Below, one piece after another: positions 47,101 to 58,865 of a stretch of 64,000 nt of DNA (positions are counted from its first letter, which is position 1; every line of letters begins with the position of its first letter). A program made the translations under genes and the position numbers. The stretch lies in assembly GCF_009914755.1 (NCBI RefSeq), contig NC_060936.1. One strand, written 5' to 3'. The DNA comes from the human T2T-CHM13v2.0 reference genome, Homo sapiens. Below the pieces are notes generated by a model. That model was not told the DNA's origin, did no database searches, and worked only from the letters and a program-made list of their open reading frames with translations.

Positions 47101-48188
47101 TGTTAGCAGAATAATGTACTCTAAGTTTTAATCCCCAGAATATACTAATATATTGTGTTACATGTCAAGGGGGAAATTAAGGGAAATGGAATTAAGCCTG
47201 CTGTAGAAAGTAAAAAGTTTCCTCTTCAATGTTCCCCCCTGTTAAAGAATAAATCATAATTGTTAGAAATAATAGTTTATTTTAAAGACTAACTTTCTTC
47301 AAGCCTCCTTGCTTTGTGCTAATAACTCTTTTTTAAGCCCTATCCTATGTAATTGTCGGACATGCTCACAGGCACATCCCAGCTCACATCCTGTGCCCCT
47401 TCCTTATTTCGAAATGTTATTGCTTCCTTAAACCTTTCGTAAGCAACTTCCTCTCCTTTGTTCTTTCTTGCACTTACCTATGTAGGAAAGTTTTAGGCTA
47501 TTAGCAAATCGGGTATCAGTTTCAGACTGTGAGGTCCCACTCCAGCCAATGGATGCAGGACACAGCAGTAAGGATGACCCAAATGCGTAAGGGATAAATA
47601 TGTCTGCTTTTCCTTTGTTCAGGTGTGTTCTCGCCATGGTTCCATCTGCGAATGAGCACCCTTTCTGTAGAAAGTAAAGATGGCCTTGCTGAGAGGTCTT
47701 TCGTCTCCGTACTGACTTTTCTTCGTGGCACCAATTACTTATTTCTAACAATTTTGATATTTCTAACACCTGCTAATCAGCTGATACTAAAAGAGGAAGA
47801 TTATCCTGAATTATCTGGGTGAACTTAGCATAATGACCATGGTCAAGTAACTCTTTGAAAGAAAATTAAAATAATGTGGATGGGAGAGGGTGCAGAGTTG
47901 GGTCAGAGTGAGGAAATATAAGAAGGATTTGAGTGCCTGTGTCTGGCTTTGAAGGTGGACAGGACCACAAGCCTCAAAAGGCAATTTGTAGAAGCTGAAA
48001 AATACACAAAAAAATCATTCTCCCTTGAATCCTCCGTAAGTTTCACAGGCATTCTGACACTTTGATTTTAGGGCAAAGAGACTCATGTATGGCTTCTCGC
48101 CTACAGAATTGTAAGATAATCAATTTGTATTGTTTTCGGTCACGAAGATTGTGGTGATTTCTTACAGCAGCACCAGAGAACTAATTTA
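47101..48188 (+). mobile_element. MLT1D-like solo LTR, interrupted by LTR10
   Basis: gcagaataatg..aatccccagaa..ggaattaag|..gctaatcagctga..gattatcctgaattatctgggt..tggctttgaaggtgga..cctacagaattgtaagataat. Confidence 0.8.
47202..47768 (+). mobile_element. LTR10 (LTR10C-like, HERV-I group) solo LTR
   Basis: tgtagaaagtaaaaagtttcctcttc ... atttctaaca; perfect 5-bp TSD cctgc (47197-47201 and 47769-47773). Confidence 0.85.
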
Positions 48189-48233
48189 AGAAGTTTCACT
48201 GGAAAATCTACGGTGATTAATAACATTTGAAAT

Positions 48234-48284
48234 AAACATACTTTTGAGCATTTATTTGGCAATGAAATGCTCAAAAGTATGTTT
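48234..48284. other. Perfect 20-bp inverted repeat with 11-nt spacer (hairpin/cruciform)
   Basis: aaacatacttttgagcattt-atttggcaatg-aaatgctcaaaagtatgttt. Confidence 0.95.
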
Positions 48285-50104
48285 GTTCTTCATTTCTTTC
48301 CTCCTCCCCTCCCCTCCTCTCCTTCCTTCTCTCTCTCTCTTTCTTTCTCTCTCCCTCTCTTTTAAAATATTTGTTTCCCCAGCATGGGAAGTAAATACAG
48401 CACACTGAGTTTTGATGAATCTGTGTTATTCATGGTTGCCCCACCACCTGGACTGCTGTTATTGATCACTATATTTCAAAGCTAGTATAGACATAGATAC
48501 ATGTTTTATTTCCTGTGACCAACTCACTACTCACATAGTGTCTATTGTTCAGCCTCTGGCTGGTTTCTCTTCCCTAATAAGGGTGCTTATGGGACTAATT
48601 CTTCTCTGGGCAACAAGTTGGAGGCCCTGCGGTCTAGGCAGATACAAACATTTCTATTAGGGCTCTTTGCGTTTTGCTCAGTGATCTCAGGTATATGCCT
48701 TTCCATACACTAAACGCAAAGTATTCCTTCAAGGCGTTTGCATTCAGTCTGAATAAACTCATTTGTGAAAAAGATGTCGTTAAGTATTTTTCAATAAAAT
48801 TTAGGTTCTTGTGGAAGCTATTTTAGACAAGAATACCAGAACATAGTATCTCAACTCAGAAGTCTACTCCGTATTTAAAAATGGTGCCATATTTAATTAC
48901 AAATCCTCAGTAGGTCACTCAGCTGTAAAGCAAGGAATATAATTTACTTTCAAAGTTATTTTTTGGCTTTGGCAAAACATTGGATACTTAGAGTCCAATT
49001 TTCACTAGCAGGGATGAGTGATGTTTCTCTTTACCACTTTCATAGAGGATGGGAAAGAAAAATAACATGTATTGATCTCCCTTCCTTCCTGCCTATTCAT
49101 GTTTTCAAGAGATGTGTGAAAAACAGTGCTTGAATTTTTTTTTGACAATTCTGTGCTTCTGATCAAGTAAAAAACTCCGAGCAAAAATGGAAGCTGTTGT
49201 TAAGTCCCAGTCACACATAACATTAATAAATAAATTTTAGAAATTGTGAATAAGGATACGTTTGGTGAGATTTAGTGTTTCATCTAATAAAATGGTGTTC
49301 ATTTAGAAACGTGTTACTCATTTAATAGAAATGGAAAAGACCATCCACCTGGAAATTATTATTTTATTCACTACTTAGCCAATAAAAGTCTCTTTGTTTT
49401 CCCATTCCATGGTAAGAAAAAGTTATTAAAAATTATCAACATGCAAAAAGATATAAAAATAATGTAACAGGCAAATATGTATTCAACACTTAGCTCAAGG
49501 AAAATATAATAAAAAGCACAGAGGCTGTTAAAGACCCTTTTCACGCTTCCAAATTGCATTTTGCTTTTTTCCTTTCAGAATTAAAAGATGTTCTGAATTT
49601 GGTGTTTGTTTCTTGGTATTTCATTATGCTTTTAATCAGTAAGAGAAATCAAACCTCAGTAAAGAATCACCATGGGAAAAACACTTCACATGTCCAGTGC
49701 GATTGAAGTAGACTGTTCCCTGTCACCTCTCTCTCTGCTCTATTAGAGCTGTACTGAGAACTCGCCACAGCTCCAGCCCCCTGGCTTATCTCCACCTGAG
49801 GAACAGGAACTGACCCCTTACTCAGCCAGTCACTTGGCAAACAGGCTTCTCTTTTGCAGCTGTGTCCACCAGGGGACCCTGAAGAAGACATAGGACAATG
49901 CTTTTTGGGGAAAATGCAGTTCTAAAACCACTAAAAAAATTATAAATGGTGAAATGTTAACATCATGAGGTCTACAGAGCAATGCTCGGTTTAGTCATTC
50001 AAGATTAATTTTAGTCACAATTTTGGGAAAAACTCGTTTACTTCCATCCACAGTCCACAACCCAAGGCTATCAGTGAGTCTTCTTTTGAATGTGTGTGAG
50101 GAGG

Positions 50105-50375
50105 TCCTCCTTCCTTTCTTCCTTCCTTCCTTCCTCTCTTGGTCTCTGTCTCCCTCTTGCCTCTTTCTCCTTCCTTCACTCTTTCTGAGTCTCTCTTTTT
50201 CTTCTTTTCTTTTTTTTCTTTTTCTTTCTTTCCTTCCTTCCTTCCTTTCTTTTCTTTCTTTCTCTCTGCCTTTCTTCATTCTTTTTTTATTCTTTCTCTT
50301 TCCTTCCTTTTTTTCGTCCTTTATTTCTTTCTCTCAGTCTCTCTCTCTCTCTCTCACTCTCACTCTTTCTTCCTG
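50105..50375. repeat. Polypyrimidine (TTCC/TTTC/TC)n tract
   Basis: About 270 bp, almost purely C/T on the + strand. Confidence 0.9.
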
Positions 50376-50819
50376 TCTTTATTTTGCAACAGAATCTGAG
50401 CCTGGACATCAAGAATAAAGAGATCTGTTTAACAGCCATGAGGGAGTGCACGGATGCATGGAGAGCCAGGAATGGTCCACAGCAATCAATGCTGCAGGAA
50501 TGAATTTGTTTAAATGGATTTTTTTTCCATTTCATGAATAACTTTGTTCAAGCCTTTGATGTTCAAGCTTAGGAAGAAAGAATCCCAGTGATCTATTTGG
50601 ATCACATGATTTTCCCCTGGCCTTTTCCACCTGTGTAGAGAGAGTTTCATCTCCAAAAGGGCACACAGTCCTTGTTACCAAAAGGAAGGGGAATAGACAT
50701 TGGGTGATCAAAACACAGCTACGCTTTCTAGAAGTTGATAAGTGAATAGATACTAACATGATAAATCAACCTCAGTATTTTTTAAGTCTATGCCAAGAAT
50801 TAAACTAGATAATGATTTT

Positions 50820-51050
50820 AATAATAACTGACAATCGAGTGTTTACTACATGCCAGATCCTGTTGTTAAGGGCTTACCATGTATGGACTCATTTAATGTT
50901 CACGACTACTCTCCTTGGTAAATATCTGCTTTTATTCCCATTTTAAGGTTGAGGAAACTGAGACAGACAGGGAAAGTGAGAAAGAGATGGCTCACACCGT
51001 GAATGAGCAGCCAGAACTCAGGTCCCAGGAATATGGTTTCAATGTCCATT
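50820..51050 (-). mobile_element. MIR
   Basis: cccattttaaggttgaggaaactgagacagacag. Confidence 0.75.
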
Positions 51051-51651
51051 TTCTCAAGGATTATTGTGCAGAAAAGCATTTTGACACTCAGAGATTGGTC
51101 AAGAGCTCAAATGTCAACATCAACCCTACAGCCTGTTAAAAATTGATCGCCCCTATAGGGAATATTGCCAGAGCACACAGGCTTACTCTGTCCTGATGAT
51201 GTGGAATTATTTTTGCTTGCTCCCATGAAAACCATGCCTAGCCATGGTGTGGGTTTGTGACATCTGTGTGACAAATGGGAGCTTGTGTCTTTAATGCAAG
51301 ACCACCACCAGTGTTCCACCCCAGTGAAGCTCACCACCCAGAATTCTTGTTAGGGAACCAGGCCGGGAGGCACAAATGGGTTCTTCCAAATCATTTCCAG
51401 TGAAGATACTAAGCTATCCATGGCGTGAACTATAAGTCAGCAATGACGAATTCCAAGCTGAAAGATTTACCCTTAGCCTCAGAGATGCATGATTTACTCA
51501 GCTAACAATGCTTTCAGCCTATTAGTCCTCTGGCGCTGTAGTGTACTCTGGCACTGGAGCATTTCCTGGGGAAGGAAATCATATTTTGCTTTCATAATTA
51601 GCTGATTTGGAGCCCAGGCAATGGGAGAAATAAGAAAATAATGGAGACAAT

Positions 51652-52116
51652 TGATGCAGGCAGGCAAGCCCCAAAATTGGGGCTTAGCCCAGGAAGGTTA
51701 TTGGCTTCACCCAGAAATAACTCAAGGGTGAGCCAGTGGTGTGAGACAGCAACATTTATTGAAGCAGCAGAGGTCTTGCTCCTTGCAGAGCAGGGCTCCC
51801 CCATAGGCAGTGTGCCCAGAATATCAGTTCAGAGGCAGCTCCGCAGTCATATATGTACCCATTTTAATTAAATGCAAATTAAGGGACAGATTATGCAGAA
51901 ATTTCTAGAAAACAGGTGGTAACTTCTGGGGGAGTCATTGCCATAGAAAGGGACGGTAATTTCAGGGTGTTGCCATGGCAATGGTAAACCGACACAGGCA
52001 CACTGGTGGGTGTGTCTTATGGAAAGGTGCCTCTGCCTCGACCTATTTGAGCTAGTCCTCAATTTGGTTCAGTGTCCAAGCCCCGCCTCCTGAGTCCAGT
52101 CCTGCCTCCAACCTCA
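51652..52116 (-). mobile_element. MER66 (B-like) ERV1 solo LTR
   Basis: tgatgcaggcaggcaagccccaaaattggggcttagccc ... gttgccatggcaatggtaaac ... ctagtcctcaatttgg..cctgcctccaacctca. Confidence 0.8.
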
Positions 52117-52597
52117 GTATGACCATGGTTGTTTCCTGGGTGTCTTTAGGATTAACAGGGAGCACATGGGGAGTCACTGCTTCATCACTGTAAACTACAC
52201 TCAGCTGGAAAACTGAGCTCTGGAACACGTGTTTGTGTTCTGGAAAAATACAGGTGATGGCACTTGAAACAAAAGATATTTGAAAACTACTAGGAAGACA
52301 GGCTGGAATAAAATTCATTTTCCAATTCTGCTTTATCTTAATACATGTATTAGGTTTCCTAAAAAATAGGAATTTTTATTCCTATTTAAATTTTTTTATT
52401 ATGTATGCACTTTTTTGAGAAACTATCAGCAACTCAGCAGATCTCGGGAAAAAAATTCAGTCAAAGATATTTATCAACTGCCAAATGTATAGAGTGTTTT
52501 TTATTTGATTTTTAAATACAAATTTTATTCTTTTTTAATGTTCTGTGATGTTAAAACAGAAACGCAGACACATGCAGAAAAGAGACATTTCTCCTGG

Positions 52598-53030
52598 ATC
52601 AGTGATTCTCAAACTTTGCTATATATTAGAAACACCTTGTGGAGAGGGGTGGGAACAGGCAACAGTGGTTTTTGTTTTCTGTTTTTTTAAAGCCTCCCAG
52701 GTAATGCCAGTGTGCGACCAATTTGAGAATCAGAGTCCTGGATGTTAGGCTCTGGAGAAGTGCTTCTCAAACTTTTGTATATAGTATCAGAATCACCTTG
52801 AAAGCTACCAAAAAATATGCGTGCCTCCCCTCTTTGAAGCAGGTTGAGGCTCAGGGTCCCACAGTCTCACCAAGTTCCCAGATGATTTGATACATACCAA
52901 GTTTGAGGGCCATCGTCACAAGTGATCAAAACCTGGATTCACATCAGAGTCAACTGTGGAGATTTTAAAATATAGTCATCTCCCATCCTGGAGGATTCTA
53001 ATTTAGTTGAGCAAGATAGAGCCCAGGAAT
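52598..53030. mobile_element. Cluster of MER5-type hAT MITE fragments
   Basis: cagtgattctcaaactttgct, gtgcttctcaaactttt..tcagaatcacct, cacatcagagtcaactgtggagatttt. Confidence 0.5.
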
Positions 53031-53044
53031 ATTTAAGTATCATC

Positions 53045-56000
53045 TTTTTTATTGAAACAAGATACGTTTTTCAGACAGGTACATAAATCAAATTATATAT
53101 GGACTATGATAAATTTATACAAGCAAACCCAACCGTATATCCACCACCAAGACCAGGAAACATCATAAGAACTAACCAAGTCCCCCAGTGAGTATCTCCA
53201 AAAGAGTAATGACTATTCTGACTTCTACCACCAAGTGACTTGGCTTGCCATTACCTTTATGCAAACAGTAACACACAGTGTGCACTCATTGTTACCAGGC
53301 CTCTTTTGTTCAAGGTTAACTTTTCAAAATTCTTCTAATTATTGCAGGTGACAGTAGTTCAATAATTCTCGTGATAGAACCACACCTCATATTAGGAATG
53401 CTCCCTATCATTATTGGACATTGGGTTGTTTCTTGTTTGGGGCTCTAGTGAATGTTGCAAAGGAATGGTTTTGTACATATAATCACAATATTCACTATGA
53501 ATGTTTTTGTGCATGTCTTTTGTTCATGTCTTTTGTACATGGTTTTGTGCATGTAGTCAAAGCATTCACTTATGAATGGTACCTGTCTTTTGATTCACAT
53601 GTGTAAGCATTTTTGTAAAGTGGAGTCAAATTCCACTAAAGAGTTGACTTTCTGAGTCATGGTGCATGCTCATTTTTGGCCATAGTGGATGCTGACAGAG
53701 AGCTTTCCAAAACACCCCAGCCATCTATGAGAGTTCCAGTGGCTCTATGTCACCACCAACACTTGGCATTTTTAATCTCTTCGTTTTAGCAACTCCGGTG
53801 GGATGCACATTGGCACCACCCTCTCACTGTATTTTTATCAAACGTTATTGACATTTTGGATTAGTCTCTCCTGCAATCTGCAAACAGTGGCAGAGTTATC
53901 TCTTTCTTTCCAATTGTTGTATCTGTTAGTTCTTATAACTCTGGGAAAATACTGAGTAAAGTCGTGATATCAGGCATCCTTCTCTCATTCCTCATAATAG
54001 GCAGAACAATGTCAATATTTCCTCAATTGAGTAAGGTTCTGTTTCATATGTTTTGAACAAGTTTTTTATACATTTAAGGAAATTTCCTTCTGTTCCCAGA
54101 TAGCTCTGAGTAACTGATCATACTGGGTTAAATTTTATTAAATGTTTTTCTCCTTCAGTGAAAGAATCATGTTCTATTTGTTTGCTTAATTCTGTTACTG
54201 TAGTGATTATATTGACAGGCTTTTTAAACGTAAACTAACCTACCATTTCCATAATAAAGCCAACCTATTCTGTTGCCCAGGCTAAAGTGCAATGGCGCAA
54301 TCTCAGTTTACTGTGACCTCCCTCTCCCAGGCTCAAGCGGTTCTCATTCCTCAGCCTCCCCTCCCGAGGAGCTGGGATTACAGGTATGTGCCACCATGGC
54401 TGACCAATTTTTTATTTGTGCCTTTAGTAGAGACGGGGTTTTACCATGTTGGCCAGGCTGGTCTCGAACTCCTGAGCGCAGGTGATTTGCCCGCCTCGGC
54501 CTCCCAAAGTGCAGGGATTACAGGTGTGAGCCACTGCACCTGGCCCTGAACTCTTTTTATAGTGTTTTTGCCATGTGTTGGGACCAAGGTTATGCTGGAC
54601 AATAGAGAAACTGTGTACGTTTTTCCTCTTTTACTGTGGAAGAGTTGATGTGACATTGATGTATTTTTTTTTTTCTACTATCTGGAAGCTTTCTAAGCCT
54701 GGGTATATTTGTGGAAGAGTGTCGTAAGACACTCTCGTTTTTTAATATAATGTTTATTTTTCTTTCTTCTGTTTTTTTCTTTCCACATTTTTATTCTGAT
54801 TAGCCTAGCTGCCAAGTTATTTGTATTTATTTTCCTTGCCATTGTAGGATTTATTAAAATTGAAGCAAAATTTATTTAATTAGTTTCGGGAGACTCTCAG
54901 AATCTCCTCTAATATTCTTCTCTATTCTCTTTTCTAATTTTGACACTGATTACACACATTTGTCAGGCTATTTCTCCATTCCAAAAATGTTTTTATATGT
55001 TTAATGTCCATTTAAACTATGTTTTTATGTTTGATTCCTCTCTGTTTATATTTCCATCTGACCATTTTCTACTGGCCTGTATTCCCAATCATTAATCATC
55101 ATCTCAGTTTTGCCAAATACGCTGTTAAGCCCACATATTTGTTTATTAATTAAAATCTTGTATATTTTAGTAATAGAATTTCATTTGAATAATTGTATAG
55201 AGTGCTCTTTTCTGTTAAAATTTTTCATCTCATCATCTATGTTACTGAATATGTTTATGAGGGTTTTTAAATAATATTTTATTTTTCTTGTGTTTGGTAA
55301 TTTCCTTTGGTAAACCTGATAGTTTTTAAAACAAATCTTTAATAAGACTTTTTTTTTTGAAACGGCTTTGCATGAGCTTAGCTTCTGGGAAGCAGTTAGT
55401 GTGTATGTATGCAGGCTGCATTTGTTTTTCTATTATCTGATTAAGAAGACTTGAGGCTTGTGTTCAGTTTTTGTAAGTCTTGAGGGATTATTTTTTCTTG
55501 CTTATAGGATGCAATCTTTTAGTATAAAGCTTGAGTCATTTACCGGGGCTATGTTTCTTGCTGAGTTCTGAACCCAACTGTTTTTCCTTCCACATTTAGG
55601 GATTGCAGAGGCTCTGCTGACTCCTCAGCCTCCTAACTGCTGCTTCCTACTTGATTCTTTTGCCTCTTGGTCTTTATTTATTTATATAAATTTAATATTT
55701 TATTTATTTATTTATTATATATAAGGAAGTATCTTGAGCATCAAAGGAGTTTAGAGATTTCCAGGTTCACTTTTCCTTCCTAACTGATAGGTTGGCTACC
55801 CTTAACTGTACATTCAGCCTTCCCAGAACTGTAAGATCAGTAAAAGCTCTGCCTGGCATTTGCTGCATTTTAGTTTCACTTTCTATTTAGCATCTCGGGT
55901 TTCTACTCTTCACTGCTTATGAGTCAGCAAATATCGCAATGATAAGGCAGAATCAAACGCTGGGCTCACCTTGAAGTGCTTCCTTTCTCTCCTAGGGACA

Positions 56001-56140
56001 ATGTTTCTCAAAACCTGAGGAAACAAGATAGCTTTGCAATGCTTTAAACAAACGTTATTTCCTTTGGTGCTTTAGCAGTTAATTAATGTAGTTGTTCTAA
56101 ATGGGAGGGTTGATCTACTGTAAACTGACCCATCACCACA
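53045..56140 (-). mobile_element. Ancient L1ME-type fragments (3' UTR/ORF2 to 5' region)
   Basis: ggacattgggttgtttcttgtttggggct, tatgagagttccagtggctc..caccaacacttggc, caggcatccttctctcattcct, aaggaaatttccttctgttcc. Confidence 0.65.
54269..54545 (-). mobile_element. Alu lacking its poly-A tail
   Basis: Begins tctgttgcccaggct with no poly-T; ends ccactgcacctggcc. Confidence 0.9.
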
Positions 56141-56424
56141 AAACTTATGTTTTCTGAGAACTGTAATTTTCTAAATCTCCACAAATAAAAATTCCCCTAT
56201 TTGAATGCATCTCTGCATTATTTTGTCTTCTTTGTGTTCAATTATGGAGCTAGAAACCTCCAAAGAGTTTAATTAAAATTAATCTGAACTTATTTGGGCG
56301 TAAGGGACAGCTCACAGATGAGAGGATAAAGCGAGAGTATAAATGACACCAAAAATCATTTTTTAATTCTATTTTGGGAAAGAATATGCTCTGCATTATT
56401 CCATACTAAGTTCAAAGACCTATG

Positions 56425-56985
56425 CCATTCCATAGAAACAAACTGTGTCGCATCCACACAATTGAATATTGTTTAGCAATAAGAATGAGTTTTCAGGCCA
56501 CAAAAAACATATAGAGGAAACTTAGATGCATGTTGCTAAGTAAAATGAGTCAATCTGAAAGGCTGTATACTGTCTGATTCCAACTATATGGCATTCTTCA
56601 AAAGACAAAACAAGGCAAAATGACTAGTGGTGCCCAGGGTTGGGGGGTGGGGAGCGATAAACAAATGGAACACAGGGAATTTTTAGGGCAGTGAAACTAT
56701 TCTGTATCGTGCTATAGTGGTGGATACATGACATTATGTAGTTGTCAAAACCTGTAGAATGTACAACACCAAGAGGGAACCCTACTGTAATGATGGACTT
56801 TAATGAATAATAATGTATGATTATTGGCTCACCCACTGTTAACAAATGTACCACATCAATGCAAGACGTTTATAATAGGGGGACCTGGGAGGGGTGAGGG
56901 AGTCTGTGCAAACTTTCTTTACATTCTACTCAACTTTTCTATAAACCTATAACTGCTCTTAAAATAGTATATTTAGAAAGGAAGA
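56425..56985 (+). mobile_element. L1MC1/L1MC2-like 3' end
   Basis: caatctgaaaggctgtatactg, ttttagggcagtgaaactattctgtat, gaatgtacaacaccaagag, aacaaatgtaccac..atgcaagacg. Confidence 0.85.
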
Positions 56986-57645
56986 AAAACAACTCCCAAA
57001 AACAATAAGTACTATACTCACAGTATTGCACTATGCAATTAGTCATAACAATATAATTAAATCTTTTCAAGCTTGGCATTTTATAAAATTCCTCTGGATT
57101 TAGCTGTTAGGTTTGTATTATGCCACTCGAAGTGGGTTTTTTTTTCTATTTTTTTTTTTTTACAACAGCATTAGCTAGGCAAACAATGAAATACATCCTG
57201 GTATTTTAGGTAAAAGAGCACATCTGCATGTATTAAACACTCCCAGGATGTCAATCAAGATATATCAGGAAACCACTTGAGATGGAAGAGATGGAATAAA
57301 ATGATTTTCACAGGCATCCTCAATTGTCTGCAGCTTTATTGGAACCTAGTTTTGATTGCTGGGATTACCCTGAGCAATTAATTGCTTCTTTTTGATATAA
57401 ATACCTTGCCTCCATTGGTTCATTCTTACAGTGGAGCTCCACCATTTTTCACATGATGAGTAGCATACTTGAAGTGATTGTTCTAGCATCTATTTCCAGG
57501 GAAGTATAATTTATCCGAAGCAGAGAGCTGACCTGACCACCAGCAGGAAAACCTTGTGGTGAGTTGCAAGGTCAGAAGTAGCAAAGTCTATCAATGAGGG
57601 AAAATAACATCCTCTTCTGGGAAAATTCAGTCCCTTTTAGCACAG

Positions 57646-57800
57646 ACAGTGATCCCTAACTCTGGCTAAGCATTGGCATCATCTGTGGAGAACTTTTTGC
57701 AGTTGTCAACTTCTGGGGGATTCTGATGCAGTATGTATAAATCTGTGTGCTGCACACACTTCCCAGGTAACTCAAATCATGAAGGTTTGGGAGCCACTGG
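57646..57800. mobile_element. MER5-type fragment
   Basis: cagtgatccctaactctggct..catcatctgtggagaacttt..cccaggtaactc..aggtttgggagccactg. Confidence 0.5.
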
Positions 57801-58759
57801 ATGGATACATGAGCTCTCAATAAGCCCTATAACTTTACTGGTCCAACCTTGTTGGCATGTGGTAGCTATACTACAAGCCAACATATATGCTGAGAGATTT
57901 TCACCAACACCATATTTCTGTCTGATAAAAGGTATCTTACATGAGAGTTCTTACAAAGTCTTCTGTGTTACTGAGCTCACAGATACTTACTTTGAGTGAC
58001 AATGACAAAAAAAAATACTATTTGAAGAAGACACATTAAACCTGCAATGACCTAAATCAATGCAGTTTGGGGTGCTTAGACATCACATAACATAATTGGG
58101 TAAAGAATAGGAGGAGAAGGATTAGAGAAAGATGGAAGAGAAGAAAGTAGAGGAAACAAGGAAAGGAAGGAAAGAGGTAGTGAGAATCCTGAGTCACAGT
58201 TTGAAGAATACATGAAAATGGATTCCATCCAGTAGAAGGCAGGGTGGAAAACTCCAGACACAATCTAAGTAATAATTATTATTGAGAACAGATCCATTTT
58301 ATCTCGTTTACATTCTAAAGAAAACAGCAGCTTTCCACCAAGATCTGGTTATTCACACCCTTCTCAATCTAGACAAAGGCAGATGTCTGCGTTCCCTCAG
58401 CAGAAGGCAACCTATGAATTATTTTACATGCCTCCCCATTCCATGGGATAAAATGTAACGGATCCATCCACACTCACTTCTGGTCCACAGGTAATTCCTG
58501 CAGGGCTCGCCAACTTGGTGAGACATGCCCTTCCCTGGATGGCCACTGACATCCAGTCACACAACCTCCTCCACTTCCTAAACACTCATCTTTCACTGGC
58601 ATATTCAGTTATTTTTTAAAGCAACTTTTGTCACAAAAAAGAAATCAGACTCAGGCCCATATGAAATTGACGTGAGGATGCCCAGAAGACAAAGATGCAA
58701 ATGCTGCAGAAACAACCCAATCAATAGACGTACTCATAATAATAGGTTTAAAAAACTTA

Positions 58760-58865
58760 TTTAAGTCACTGAATATTTATTAAGCACCTATTACATGACA
58801 GGCACTATTCTGGGCACATAGTAAAGACCAAGATGGATAAATTCTATTTTCCTGGTAGTTCAGCT
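58760..58865 (-). mobile_element. L2 3' fragment
   Basis: aatatttattaagcacctattacatgacaggcactattctgggcac. Confidence 0.65.

Noticed and set aside
49995-50418. K/E/R-rich and F/L/S-rich ORFs
   Set aside because: Products of the polypyrimidine tract.
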